From the IMG/VR virus record IMGVR_UViG_3300045988_029816: a stretch of DNA of 64,000 nucleotides. One strand, 5' to 3'. Positions 13,645 through 28,600 of the stretch are shown in pieces. This DNA is from a virus. The notes below the pieces were generated by a model, which searched no databases, was not told the origin of the DNA, and saw nothing but the letters and a program-made list of their open reading frames with translations. Both the position numbers and the translations under genes were made by a program. Positions within the stretch are counted from its first letter, which is position 1. Each line of letters opens with the position of its first letter.

Positions 13645-16600
13645 ATGAATAGAAAATAGAGGGCTTATCAATAGTTTGTAAATAATCCTAAAGTTTCTTC
13701 GGATGAAGAATTCTAGAAATAGTTACAAGATATTGTAAAAAGCTATAGTACAGAAATAACTCCTGTATACACTACAAAACAGGACATTAGTAAAGAAAGA
13801 AAATAGATTAGATAGACACGTCAAAGACCCCAGCCATTACTCGTTCCTGAAGGTTGGGGAGCTTTGACTATTAACGAAGAGTCTGCTAATCCAGTAAAAA
13901 GATATTAGGATAGTAAGAAGCGTTCAGAAAATGCGACGGATACGAAATGGGTGACTCCTGATTAGAATGTAATTAAAAACTACAAGCTTGATAAAGTCCT
14001 CAAAAAGAATCCAGAATCAGAGTACGCAAAACTTACAGACCCAAGATATGTAAAGTCATTAATGGTAAATAACGACAGCCAAATGTATGGGCAAGTATAG
14101 ATATACGACCCAAAACATGATGCTGTAAGTACTTATTTGCCAGATGGGTCATTCGAGAAAAGGCAGTCTTTTTCAGAATGGTCTAACCAAAGATTAAAAG
14201 AACAAGGACAGCTAGAAGATAAGTTTGTTCAAAGTATGGGAGATGTAAATTATTTCCAAAGCGCATATAATACATTCCAGTAGAATAGAAATATGGCAGA
14301 AAGGGATTACTTTGCTGGTAATATACTTAGAACAAACGAAATGCTTTCTTACGCAAATGATGCTGAGTAGTACCTTAATAATTAGAGTAAAATAAATGAA
14401 TATTCTAATATTATGGATGCTGCAGATTTGTATCAGAAGGGGCAGAATAAAGAAGCTCTGCTTCCGTATTTGAAAAAACATGGACTTATATCATTGAATG
14501 GAAGTATAAATCCAAATAAACTTCAATAGATATTTGATGAATATAATGGGCTTAGAAAGTAGAATGAAAAGTTGTACAACAACTACAAAATATTGCAATC
14601 ATATGAACCTACTAATTCTGGTAGGATAGCCCAGGGTTTTGATAAACAAATATTCCATCCTATAGACAGAGCTATATAGTCAGCAGAAAGAGCTATTGGA
14701 ATGGGAGAGAAAAGTACATGGATCACCGATGATGTAGAAGGAACTAGATTTTATCTAGAAGGAATAGGTAATCCTAATACAACTCCTTAGCAAAAACTAT
14801 AGATGATTAGAAAATTTAAAAACTCTATAGCAAAAAGACAGGCTTATTGGCAAAATGGATACAAAGAAAATAATGCTGATGTAAAAAAGTACGAAAAAGG
14901 TATATCTGACAGATATAAATACGAAGATCAGAAATCTTAGGATGAAGGAATATTTAGTTTGCATAAACTAAAATATGGAACATGGGGAGTTCTTGGTTCA
15001 TCAATGTCTTCTTACGAAAAAACCATACCTTCATTAATTCTTGGATTCGCTGGAGCTGCTACTGGCAACTTGGCGATATCCGCAGGAACAGCACTGTTAG
15101 CAGGAGCTATCGATATGTCATAGGGCTATGATGAAAACTCTGGACAGATTGTTGGTGATTACAAAGCTTTGTTAGAGAAAAATCTTAACAATAATGGCCT
15201 TTCTGGCAAATTTATGAAGGAAGGAGCCGAGTTTGCAAAAGCTAATGGAATAAAATTAACACCAGGAAAAGAAAAAGAGGAATTATAGGATCTCCTTGTA
15301 TCTGGACAATGGAAGTTAAAAGATAAGGATTTGGTATCAGTCTCTTACGAATCTGCCAGAGGTATAAATAGCGACTTCTATGATGATATGATGGCTACGG
15401 CCGGAGATACATATGTAGGTATCGCTGTAAATGCTATCCCTTTTGGTAAGATAGCAAATCTTGGCAAATTTACAAAGATGTCTTCCAAATTTAAAGCTGG
15501 ATTGAGAAGTGCTATTGGTAGCGATAATTACAATGCAATAAAACATGCCTTAGATATATCTAAATTAAACACAGTTGGAGCCCAAAAAGGTTTTGAAGTT
15601 GGTATGGCTGCAGCAGGACCTGTAGGTGGAGTTGTTGGATCAGCTGCAGCAAAAACAGGTTTATATTCTGCTGGAAAATTTATTGGTAAAAATCTTGCCC
15701 CAGGTATGATTGCCGGTGGTGTAATTGGATCACAATTTGACGACGGTGATAGCCAGCTTGGAGCAACGATAGGAGTTGCTACAGGAGCTTTGCTTGGAGG
15801 CTTGTTTGGAGCAACTGGAGGCAGGGCGTATATGGCAAACAAATTAGGCTAGTTGGCAGAAAAGGTTACAACATTTGGCTAGGCATTACCTTCATCAATT
15901 TTAAAGATGACAGGCAAAATAAACGCAGATGTAATAAAGCGAAACTCAAAAGAGTTAATTGGTAGATTAGCTTTAAGAGATTTTTCCGAACGTGTAGAAG
16001 AGGGTAAACAGCAGTTGCATTCTGAACAATTTGTTAATGGATATTATCAAAACCATCCAGAGTATAGAGGATTTGTTGACAGATTAATGAACGACTTCCT
16101 TGTAGGCTCAAAAGCTTCGTATGCCACTATTGGTAGTTATATGAATTTGGATTTACTCGGGGACAGGGAATTGATGCAAAATATAAACTCTGTAATACTT
16201 GGCGGTGGCGGCCATGATGTAGCTACAAATATATTTGGATCTGCATATAGAACATCTAGATAGGTTACTGCTAATAATGTAATAGCCAGAAATCTTTACC
16301 TTGATAAAATTGGTACAAGAGATCTATACAGAACAGGTTTCCAGTACGCCAAGCGTGCATTAAGAGGTCCAAATAGATCAGCTGAAGCATTAGAGGCGTT
16401 CGATAAGATGATAGAATACTCTAATGAGTAGTCTAAAAAATTAGACCAGCTGCAAACTAGATATTCTGGTATGACTCAAGAACAACAGCAGTCGGAAGAA
16501 GGTGTACAACTCGCACAGCAGATTTATCAAGCTAAGCAATTCTTGGACCCAGAATTAATTTAGGATGCAAAGAAGTATTATTCAAGAGTATCTAGATTAG

Positions 16601-19600
16601 CTAATTCTAGGCTAATACAAGATGCTGCCAAGAAACAAGGAATAGAAACGAAGGATAGCTGGAAAAATAAGAAACAAAATGATAAGTTTGCAAAATTTGT
16701 TTCCCGTGTAGCGATGTATGACTAGCTTTCTGAAGATAACAAAAAAGAGAACATCGATCCGTTGGTAAACTCTATAAACGACTTGATGCAGCAAAGAGAA
16801 ATGCGCGTTATTATGTCTTAGTTTGATTCTAGTGACTTTACGTATGATGGCAGCATGGATCAATAGATGGGCGTAGATCTTGCATAGAACCGTAATCTTG
16901 TAACAGAGTCGCGTCGTAGACAGTAGGATCAAGAGGATGATAAAGTACAGGCTCGCAGAGATCTTATTAAAGCAAAAAGACAAGCTCTTGCACAGCTTTA
17001 TAGCGATATAGAAAAATCTGAAAAGAACTTTAATAACAGAAATGATATTGGATTTGTAAAAGCAGTTATAGGAGAGTTGATTGGAGAGGTTGAAGATTAG
17101 GCTGAAAAAGAAGCTGGAGAAAACCAAAGTGTAATAGACGAATATAACGAGTCGTTTTCTGACAACAAGAATCATACAGGGTTTACAGACCAGGAGTACA
17201 ATGACCTTAAAGATAAATTTAGACAGATGGCATTGTTTACCGTAGACTAGGTAAACTATGATAAAATGTTGGACAATCTTCTTGGTACATCGCATCTTAA
17301 AGACGAGGATACTCTTAAAAAGCAAATATAGGAGTACGAAGAAAATAAAAGAAAGAAGCACTTCTGGCAAAAGCAACAAGAGTCACCAGACTTGTTTGAA
17401 TATGATAGTCTTGGAAAGTTTAAAGATATCTTAGATAAGACTAATAAATTTTATGAGTCTAGAAAAGATTAGATCGAAGATGTTGACAGATCAATAGAGG
17501 ATGATAGAAAGCTTCAAGATGAAATTGAGTTAGACTTTTAGAGAAGGCTAATAGATGATACAGAAGAGGCCGAAGAAGCTGAAAGAAATGAGCAGATAGA
17601 TGCTTTAGCTGCTGCGAGAGCTGGACTTGAAGAAGAGCTCGGAATTAATGACGAGAAGCAAAATCAAAATGACGCCAATGCAGAAGAACCAGCTGCACCT
17701 GTTACAGAAGAAACTCCTACACCATCACCAGTTTAGGATAAAGAGGATAATATAGAACAGTAGCCTAAAGATGATACTGATAATAACCAAGAGTAGCCTA
17801 AAGATGATGCAAGTCAACCTCAATCAGAAGCTACAGAGCCATAGACTTCAGAGCCAGAGTCTCCAAAACCTTAGCCAAAATTTGAATAGTCTGAGGTAAG
17901 TAAGTAGGTTGGCGGTAGATTAAATAGCTATAAAGTATGGTGTGACAAACACGTAAAGAGAAACTTGACTACAAGTTCTCATTACTTTATAATAGACGAA
18001 GATGGTAAACTTCAGCTTGCTAGACGTGTTCATAGCACACTTGACAGCAGGGAGTCTGATACTAACGCTAATCTTATTTCTAGAAATAAATAGATACAAG
18101 ATTTTATTGAAAATCTCAACAAGATTACTACGTTAGAACAGCTTACAGAATATGTTAATAGCGTAGATGAGACCAAGAATATACAGGGTTATATAGATTA
18201 TCTGAAACAGGGTGAATTTAAAGATTACTTTGACGATGAAGTAAAATTCGGTATTGCTCACGAATTGGTTAATAAAGGAATCGGTACACCTGGTGATGTA
18301 GGAAATCTTATTGACTTTATATGTAGATCTTTCTTTGCCGGAGATCCGTTGTCATATGGTACAAATTTACAGATATTTGATGGAGAGGTTAGTAGTATAA
18401 GAGAGTTTATGAACGGCGATACGTTCAAATCTATAATATCTTAGCTAAAATCAATACAGGAATATTATAATTCTTTAGGATGGACTTTGTATACTCAGCC
18501 ATATACTTGGCACACATCTAGATTTGATTCAAAAACTGGTAAACGTGTTAATATTGCTGGAGAGACTGATATGATAGCAGTCGATCAAGACGGCGGTATT
18601 CATATTATAGATTTCAAAACGTCTAAGAAATCATTTACTCGCAAAAGTGGCGGAAAAACTGATCTTGAGAAAGTTGATCCAGGATACAGAACTAGCTGGA
18701 TTGGTTTTTATTCAGAGCAGTAGACTATGTATAAACTCATGATGCAGGATAACTCTCTTGAGTTTAATATAAAGTCTGTAGAATTACTGCCATTTAGCGT
18801 TAAGTGGAAGAAAGATGGAGATAGCTTTATTTTAAATAAAGTCACTAATGAGCCGAAGAGTAAATCTATACAAATAAACTTTAGTAATGATGTAGAAAAT
18901 AGATTTACAAAAGAGATAAATATAGATGAATTTAAGTAGGCTTATGATGCTGCTAGAGATTTAATGCTATCTACGTACAAAAAGGTTGTTACTGAATTAG
19001 ATACTATTGACAACTTGCCGTAGTCTTATAGAGGAGACTTAGAGAGAATATTTAATGATGCTCCAGATGCTATTACTGAGTTTGATAATACACAGGAGAT
19101 GCTTACTAAATTACAGGCTCACACATCTTAGATGAATGACGTTATAAATAGAATGAAGCAAATCCTGGAAGATGCCGAAGAATACGAAAGATAGGAAGCT
19201 GAAAAAGCTGAAGAATTAGCAAAAGCAGAGTAGAGAAGAAAGGCAGAAGAACGAAGAAATAATCCGAATTCAGAAGATTATGATGCAAAACAACAGATAT
19301 ATGCTGATATTGATAGAACTTTGGAAGCTATATCGGACATAGTATCATATGATTCTAATGGAGATCCTTAGGATTTGGCTCCAGATAAACAGGCCGAGCT
19401 TTCTAAACTTATGTCTGAACTTTATGAGATTGCTGTGCAGCTTAAAGATTTATCAATACTTCCAGAAGATATTGAAAAATAGAATGAAATATTTCAGACT
19501 GTATAGACAATAGAGGATGATTTCGGAATCACTAGAGACGAACACAATGTTGTAAAAAAATACAGTAAAGCTAAGATGAATCCGTTTAACAACCTTGACC

Positions 19601-22600
19601 AAAAACAGATAGATGAAGACGAAGACCTTGTTAAACTTTCTACAGAATCTGATTTCGTTACAAACTCTACATTTACATATAAGATAGGTGAATATACCGA
19701 TAAGCTTGGCGAAAAAAAGAAAACCGTATTTGTTGATATAGAATATAATGGAAAGGCTGGTAAAAAGTCATTTAATGATATGCGGGTATGGGTTTCTTCG
19801 TATTCACAAGATGGTAAACATTTGGCAAAAACATTATATGACTAGATTACTTAGCTTTAGGATAAATTAAAGCAAGGATATCGACTTGTTCCAGAGCGAG
19901 TAAATAGAACGAATGGTAGAACAAAAACGCTTAGATCTCAGCAGCAAAAGAACATTCTTGATACAGAGATATCTAAGACATTGGGAACAGATTTGTATAA
20001 GATAAAGTTCGACGGTAAATAGAATATTATTGGTATAGTTAAGAAAAATTCTACATCAGAAGGCTCTATACTTACAGTATTCGCTCCTAATACGTATGGA
20101 GATCTTACAAGAAGTATACAATCCTATCCTATTAATCAAGCGTTACATCAGGGAGATTTTGTTGTATTATATAGACCACAATACGATGAATTGAGTGGCT
20201 TTGAAGAAAGAGATCCTGTTCCTATTATAATGAGAACAAAACAAATATCATAGAAGGATGCAGATCTTGTTACTGATATACTACGCCAGATAACTCATGG
20301 AGAAATATCTCCTGCTCAATATTATTACGAAGGCGATAAAAATACCGGTTTGTCATACGGTCAAATTCTTAGTTTATTCTTCCCGTTTGGTGAAAACTTA
20401 CCAAATCATGGCAAGAACCTTATGTCTGTATATATTGATAAGGATAATCCTGCTAAGGTTATGATATCCATAAAAGAAAAGGATCCAAAAACAGGGTTGA
20501 AGCAACTAAAGCAGCATTATTATTCATACGACTTTTCTGATGATGAACAAATAAAGCAATTTAATAAAGATATACAAAAGTATAAAATTGCAGCTAGAGC
20601 CAACTTCTCTTAGCAAAACCTCGCAGAAAACGACGAGCTGTACAATCTTAAAGAATTCTTTGACAACAATCCTAATGAAGTATTACAATTTGGTGACTCT
20701 ATAAAATTTGAAGCTAGTGATTTTAAGAATCCTAAACAGTCTAATCAGAGTCTTGGTGGTCTAGCTTGGTATATAAAGAATAATGTTCTTACTACAGATT
20801 TTAATGGATTTGAGTCTTCTAAAATAAGTTTTGATGGAGTAAAAGTTGAAAAAATTGAAAAGGAATCAACAGAAGATGAAACGCCTATTGACGAGAGTAA
20901 GGAAATAGAAGATGCTGCGGACGACGAAAATAAAGATAATGACGCTGTAGACAATTGGTTTAATAATGATAATTAGGAAGTAGATTATGTAGCATGGAAC
21001 AATAGAACTCAAAGACATAGAAATTTTGAGTACGATACCGAAAGGGCTGCTAGAGAAATTCATAGACTGTTAGGAAGCGTTCGTTTAGACTTTGCAAAGA
21101 ACAGTAAAGGAGAAGATGATTTCGTAGCCATGCTTAGAGGTGGAGTTGGAGTAGTCGGAAGATGCTATGCAGACTCTATTATATTATCTAAATTTGCAGA
21201 CGAGGGTACAGAATATCATGAAGCATTCCACAGAATTGCTGAGATATTAATTCCGAAGAGATTACATGATAAGTTGTATAAAGAATTTAGAAAAAGACAT
21301 TCTAATACAATATTTACAGACAAACAGGTTAGTGAAGAATTAGCTGAAGGATTTAGAGTTTTCATGTTAAATAAGCCTAGATTACATTGGAGTTTCAATC
21401 TTGTAAAAATGTATAATAACATTAAAGACTATGTTCGTCAAGTAAGCAATATGAATATGGGATGGAAGTTATATACTGCTTACATGATAGCTAACTCTGG
21501 TATATTTAGATATGTAAAAGCAAGCAATAAACGAAAAGAAGAGTTTAAAAACGTATTCAAGTTTAAAAACGCAGAGAGCTCTTTGTTTAAGCGTGGTGGA
21601 AGATCGTTTAAATATGTGCTGAACCAACAGATGTATGATGAACTGGTAGACACACTTGTATACGCAGTACTTAATAATCAGAATTTTGATTGGGGTGGAT
21701 CTGATATACAAAATATAAGAGTTGATCTTGGCTATATAACAGGTAATGCTATTTCTGATGAGAAAAGGAAGAAACAGGCATAGGCGCTGTATAATGCAAT
21801 AGCCGCACCATAGGTTACAGTAGAACAGCTTGAATCAAAATTAGGAGAATCTAAATATAAGCAAAAAGCAGTTGGATTCCTGGCGATGAAAGAATTGTTA
21901 CAAGAAGATGTATACAATAATGTTGTGATGGACGATGTTGCCGCAAAGCTCTCTTCTATAGCTACGAATGCCACAAAGATAGCCGAAGAAGACAATGTTG
22001 TTGATGTAGAAGATGATCCAGATGCAGATAATGGTAATATTGGGGAACACACTAGGGCATCTTACGAATTCTCTAGATTTAGTAAGGCATCTCAAAGAGT
22101 TAAATTCTTCTTCTCTACATTTAGTAACTTTAGATGGGATACAAGATTTAAAGTTGATGAGAACAATCACGTAACATTCCAAAGAGTTCTTGTTGCAGAG
22201 AAGAATAGTCTTGGTATGCCTAAATTTATGGATGCAGGAATTGCTTTTAACAGAGTAATGAATTAGCTTCACGATATTTCTACAATACAAGATTTGTATG
22301 AAAAAGTATCATCTAGGGCTAATGATAATCCTATGTTTAAACAATTCAAAAAGAGACTCGATGTTCTTATAGAACAAGCTAAAACTGATCCTGATAAAGA
22401 AGCTCTTCTTGCTTAGATAAAGATGATCATAAAGTCAAATAAAAATACATTTATGATCTGTAAGGCTAACAGAAATCCTTAGAGTGGAAAGTACTCATTA
22501 AGTATACAGAGTTCAGATAGTGATTATTCTTCTATATATCATAAACAAAAGTGGTCCCAAATGTTCTCAAACGGTGGCGGTATGTCAATTCTTCACAAGA

Positions 22601-25600
22601 ATGATAAAGGCGAAACTGTTTTGAAAGATGGGCATAATGCCAGAGAGTTATATGATATAAAGAATTTCTTTACTGCTCCAATGGGTGAAAGAGGAAAGGT
22701 TAAGATAAATGGTAAGCTTGTTAAAGTTTATGGTTTATTTGAACATCTTGAAGACCCCAATCATAGACCGTTTACAATAAAGAATGTATGGAGGAGAAAA
22801 GATTCTAATGATCCAACAGATCTTCTCGTAGACTGTCGTAATGAGGGAGACTTTGTTGCTATTAAACAGGACTTTTGTAACCAATTACAAAAACTTGGTA
22901 TAAACTTCACTCTAAGCGAATTAGACTACATGCTCGAATAGAAGTATGGGTAGTCTGATGCTAATGCAATGAAGCAGTTGTTTGAAAGCTCTGTAGAATG
23001 GATTGATAGTAAAGATGGAGAAAAGAAAAAAGCAGGATTATTCGAAAGCTTTTATTCTACACTTGATAGCTTAATAAAACCATATTCTGGTAAAGTTGTA
23101 CTAAATATTAATCAGTAGTATATTGATAGAATTTGGGACAATGTTACTCTAACAAAAGAGTTGTCTAGATGGAAATATAATTATGAGCACTCTCAAGAAG
23201 AATTGTCTGTATTAGCTATAAATAATAACAAATACTACCAGATATCTGATAACAATTACATCTCTGATATGGTCGACAATCTTAATGGTGTACAATACCA
23301 CGAAGGATCATCAAAAGATGGATATATAATGGATTAGAGTGTAAGAAATCTTATTGAATACTCTTATAATTATATAGAAGACCCATAGTCTGCTCCAGAT
23401 CAAAAGAAAGGAATTGGAAGTATTATCGCAAAACAGATGGTTCAAAAAGATCATCCTAATATTAGTGTTAGAACACTCATTGGATTTAAAACTAATCAAG
23501 GACAAGATAGAGGTAGAGATTATTTTAAGATAACAAAGCGTGAAGACTACGTTGCTAAAATGACTATCATCTAGAAGGGGTATATAGTATTCCCTACTAT
23601 GTCTGATAAGAAGACGTGGGTATTCTTAGATGGAATTAAATTGCCTGGTATTAATTATAAAGAAGGTGCTGCGAAAAAGAATCTTCCAACAATATCAGCT
23701 ACAATGGTAGACGGTAAAGAGCAAATCAGCATAAGATTCCCAAATAATGTACTTGACTAGTTTAGAGAGTATGCTATGTGCGAATATAAGTCTATCAAAG
23801 AAGCTATAGACATGGACTTGAAACCAGAAGAAGTTATAGCAAACTTTGACAACAAAGATCAAGGTAAATATTTCTCTAGTCTTACTGGTGTTTATGATAA
23901 AGATGGTAATTTCATTTCTTTTGTAGATAAAGAGGCTGGATATGAGAAATCTCTTAAAATAGCCGAGGAAACATTCTTTGACCCAACAAAAGTTTCTAGG
24001 GATTAGCAAAGAGATATGATAAACGAACTTCTCGTAAGACAGACTTAGAAAGAGATAGAATACATGAAGAAACTTCACCTTGTATCTCAAAACAAATTAG
24101 GTCAGTATATTAACAAAGGTCTAGACACAATTACTATTGGTAATATCAAGAGTGCAATAAAGACGGGAAGACAAAACAACGCCATCACTGGTAACAGCGA
24201 TGCAATTTGGTGTCTTGCTGCCGATATCACAGCTAAGTCTATTATGTCTTTGCAGGAGGTAGAAAGAATCTTTAGTGGTAATCCAGCTTATTATAAATGG
24301 TAGTTTTCTGGCGCATCGCTTGTTGATAGATAGGTTGATGAGTTTAAACGATTTGGTGGTCTTATATCTACTGGTGATAACAATGTATTGGATTTCATTA
24401 ATTCCAAAGACGGTGAATATACATGTGCTGAAGTAGCTAACGAGCTAGTAAGTTCTCCTCAATATAATAAGCTTAAGTAGCTTATGACTGAAGGTGAATA
24501 CAAGTCTGCTCTTATAAACCTCGCTCAAGATGGATAGGTGCAGTTTACTCCAGATTAGATAGATGCCATGACGTTAGACGAGGTTAAACAACATATACCA
24601 GAAGATGTAAAAGATATTGTTGAAACAAAAATTGCTGCAGAAACTAAGTCTTACGAAAATGGTATTGATGTTGCCGATGGTGGAGCATATATTACTGCTA
24701 ATATGTGCGAAAACCTGCTTCGTATGAATGGAAAGTGGAGTAAGGATATAGAGAGGGCGTTTAAGATTCTTAAGTCATCAACAAAGGAGCATTTAACACC
24801 AAAAGAAATGTTATCTATAGCAGAAAATTATCAGAAGGTATTCACATCTGTTATTGGATGTTATAAGTATACAGCATTTGGATTAAGAAGACAAGATGTT
24901 AAGTCTAAAACTAAACCTTAGACAATAACAAGACTTGTGCCTTATTATAACAAAATGGCTCTTTTCCCAATATTTGACTGTATCGCTACTGGTAGAATGG
25001 CTGATATTTATCAGAAGATGAAAGCGTAGAACATAGATATGCTCATGATAAATTCAGCTGTAAAGGTTGGTAGTCAAGGTAGTCTTGGAGGCAAGGAAAC
25101 TGAGAGTAAAATAGACTTTGCAAGTGATAATATTAAGTTTAATACTTATAAACAGAAGTATCAATTCTTAAGAAAACAGCTTAACACAGATCCAGGAGAT
25201 AAAGATCTCTAGAACATGGGTACTCAGATGACTAAGATTGCTCTTAGTAATATCGTGTTAGGAAGAACGTATACGGTCAAAAATAACGATGGGTCATTTA
25301 CCACTAAGACTGGAGAATAGTTAAGAAATGATATCATGTCTGCGATAAATGATTTATCTAAACTTGGATATGACTCACTTCAGAATGAATTCTTTGATAA
25401 AGACGAAGATGGTAATATAAAGCTTAATGAGGAAAGATTTGCCAAATATTTGAGAAAATAGCTTACTGATAGAGATGCGGACAACAACTCAGTTGGAGCT
25501 CTTAATATAGTGTATACAAACTACGATGATGAAGGTAATCCTATAAAAGGTACAGAACAGATGGAAATACCTTTGGCTGCTACATCAAACTCAAACTGGA

Positions 25601-28600
25601 TAGAAAGTATTCTTACATCTAGTATTAACAAACGAGTTATAGATATAGCTACACCTGGTGCTCCATTTATTCAGAGATCAGTTTGGGGTATGGAAGGAAT
25701 GCCTACTAAGCTATTAGATAATCAAGTTCCTGGTATATTTAATGGCACGCTCAATCATGGTAATCGTCTTCAGATGATTAACGAAGAAGGTTCAATGGAC
25801 TGTATGTTGTCATTGGATTACTTTGTAGAATACTACGAGGACAAAAACGGCGAAGAGGTTATGTACTTTAGGCCTGCTGGCAAGAAGTGTAGACTCCAGG
25901 TATTTGATAAAGATACTAAAAAGTTTAGAAACATGTCCTTTACTGAAGCTAGAAAATGGCTTATCGATAACAAGGTTATTGGCTCTTCTTTTGATTATAC
26001 AGATAAAGACGGAAATAAAGTTCATAAAAATGGAGCTAGTGCTAACATTATTGGTTACCGTATTCCTACACAGGCTCAGTCGTCTATACATGCTTTAAGG
26101 TGTGTTGATGTATTACCTGTTGTTAGAGATACTGTTGTGCTTCCGGAGGAGTTTACAAAGATAACCGGTTCTGACTTCGATATTGATAAACTTTTCTTAA
26201 GTTGTAAACCTTACAATTATTATAAGGATAAGGATGATCATAATAAAAGGAAAGTTAATTTTGATTTTGAAGAAGGATCTGAGTAGGATTTATAGGCAAA
26301 ACTTATGGATGGATATATGTCGTTATTACTTGATTGGAAAAACGAAGACGACAAGGATTCTAGAACATGTAACATACTTCATAGGTCTATTGATAACGAT
26401 ACGTCTCTTGTTAAAGCTAAAGGCGCATCATATTTAGGCTTTAATGTACTTTCCGACATAGAGTAGAATCTTGATAAAGAACAAGTTGTAATGCCATACG
26501 ATTTCTATACTCCTAGAAATCAAGTAGAGACTAAAGATACGTTCTTAACAGGTAAAACTGGTATTGGTCCGTTTGCGTTGAATAATAACAGTTAGATTCT
26601 TACTATGCTTTATGATGTTAAGTTTACACAGAAAGTAGGTACTATTATGAAAGACCTTGGTCTTGATAGACTTGGTAGAACCCTTGATAGAAATCAGCAG
26701 AATATATTGTCTTGGCTGTCTGCTATGATTAATGCTCATGTTGATATTGCTAAGGATCCATACATTACTAGATTAAATGTAAACCCTTATACATACAATC
26801 TTGTAAACCTACTTCTTAGAGTCGGTCTTGGAGAGGATACATTCTATTTTACAACTCAAGGCATCATGAAGGATTTGGCTTTTGCGTACAACGATTCTGT
26901 TAGTACGTATATGGCTGATGACAGTAAGACACCTTGGTAGAGACGCAGAGATGCTGAAAACGATGTTCTTAAGAAGTATTTCTCAGAAGAGCCAGAAGTT
27001 GATAATGATCTTAATTGCATACCTAGTATAATGGAGGAAATACAGAAAGGTTTTGATGATATTCCTACAGCTTTAGAGCAAGACTATATAATTAGGTAGA
27101 TTTTAGGAGAATTCTAGAAAGATGGTAAATGGATACGAGGCTATATTGACGCAGAAGGCAACGAACATTTAGTTGATGTTAAGAACAAGGTTAGAAATTC
27201 TATAATTAGAGAGATGTCTATAAATTAGAATCCTAACAAAAAGGGATACATAAACCAAACGTCAACTAAGAAGATGTTTACAGTAATGTCTAGAGATGGT
27301 AAGGAAATAAAATTATCACCATTGGATGTTACAAGGTGGATATTTATAGCTAATAAGAGGTTCGAAAAGCCTGGTGATGCATTGGCAAATCTTGTTAAAT
27401 ATTCTAAGATAGACACAAAGAAACAAGGTAAAAATATAGCTGAGCAAGATGCTTATCTTAAGGGATATAATGATACTTATAATCCTGGAGGATAGACATA
27501 CTAGCAGTTTGAGCCTACAAGTTTATCTGCGTTAAAAGACGGTTCATATATAGGAAAAAAGACTAAGTATGCTACAGATTTATATAGAGACATAGTAGGA
27601 CAGCAGCTCCTTTCTTCTTGTATGGCTGTGTTTGGAACCAGAAATAAAGAAGGTAAGAGAATGAAGGATGGTATATTGCCTCAAATACTTAAAGCAATAA
27701 ACAGAAAAGATGGAGCAGTTCCAGCTGACCTTCTTAACAAGATTATGATACAGATAACATCTTGTATTAAGTCAGAGTTCTTTAACAATTATTGTGATGA
27801 AAACGATATAAATATTCACGACTTATTCTCTGGAGACAATACGATTTATGATAGATTGCTTGATCTTTAGATTAAGGCCGAATCTGATCCAAATTATTCT
27901 TACCTTAAAAACAATCTGCTTTTGAAGGTTCTCGTTCCAACTTTAAATACTGAAGACGGTCCTAATAAAATAGAACACGATCAGATAGAATTACTTAATA
28001 CGTTTGGAGAAAGAGAGGGTACATACGAAAAACCAAAGTTTGTAAAGTTCTTTAATTCAATGGATGATGATAGTAAGAATTCTAACTACGTATACGAAGC
28101 TTGGGAAAGATTACTTGAAGACACAGATGAAACTGTAAAGAATTTTGCTAGAGATTTGGTTGTATATTCGTTCTATTCGTCTGGAGATATGTCTGGTTTC
28201 TCTAAGTTCTTTAAGTACGTTCCAAATAGTTGGAGACTTAATTCTGGATATGTTGATTTCGTAAGAACTAAACTTAAGGACTTAAATACAAGAATACCAT
28301 CTCCTGTTTATATATAGAATATGGTTGATGATATAATTTTAAATAACTGGTTCGATAATGATTTTGTAAAAGAGTATCGCCCTAGTTAGCTTATTGGAGT
28401 AGTTGGACAAAATACAATAACCTATAATCCTCACGCGAAGCCAGAAGATATGATTAGTATGTATGCTAAGTATGAAGGTTATTAGAAAAAGGTTTTAACG
28501 AACAACTCTGGAGAAGCTATTAATATGTTTGGTATATTATCTCCATTTGATCATGCTGCCCCTAATATAGCATGCGGCTTAGCTGTAAGAAATGGAAAAT

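Noticed and set aside
148-17379. Antisense (- strand) ORFs inside the late block, for example 148..468, 12257..12751 (164 aa), 15528..15842 and 16612..17379 (255 aa)
   Set aside because: They lie opposite continuous TAG-recoded + strand genes. Their composition is low-complexity and hydrophobic or Pro/Ala-rich, as expected for shadow frames. They lack the start contexts seen for real - strand genes.
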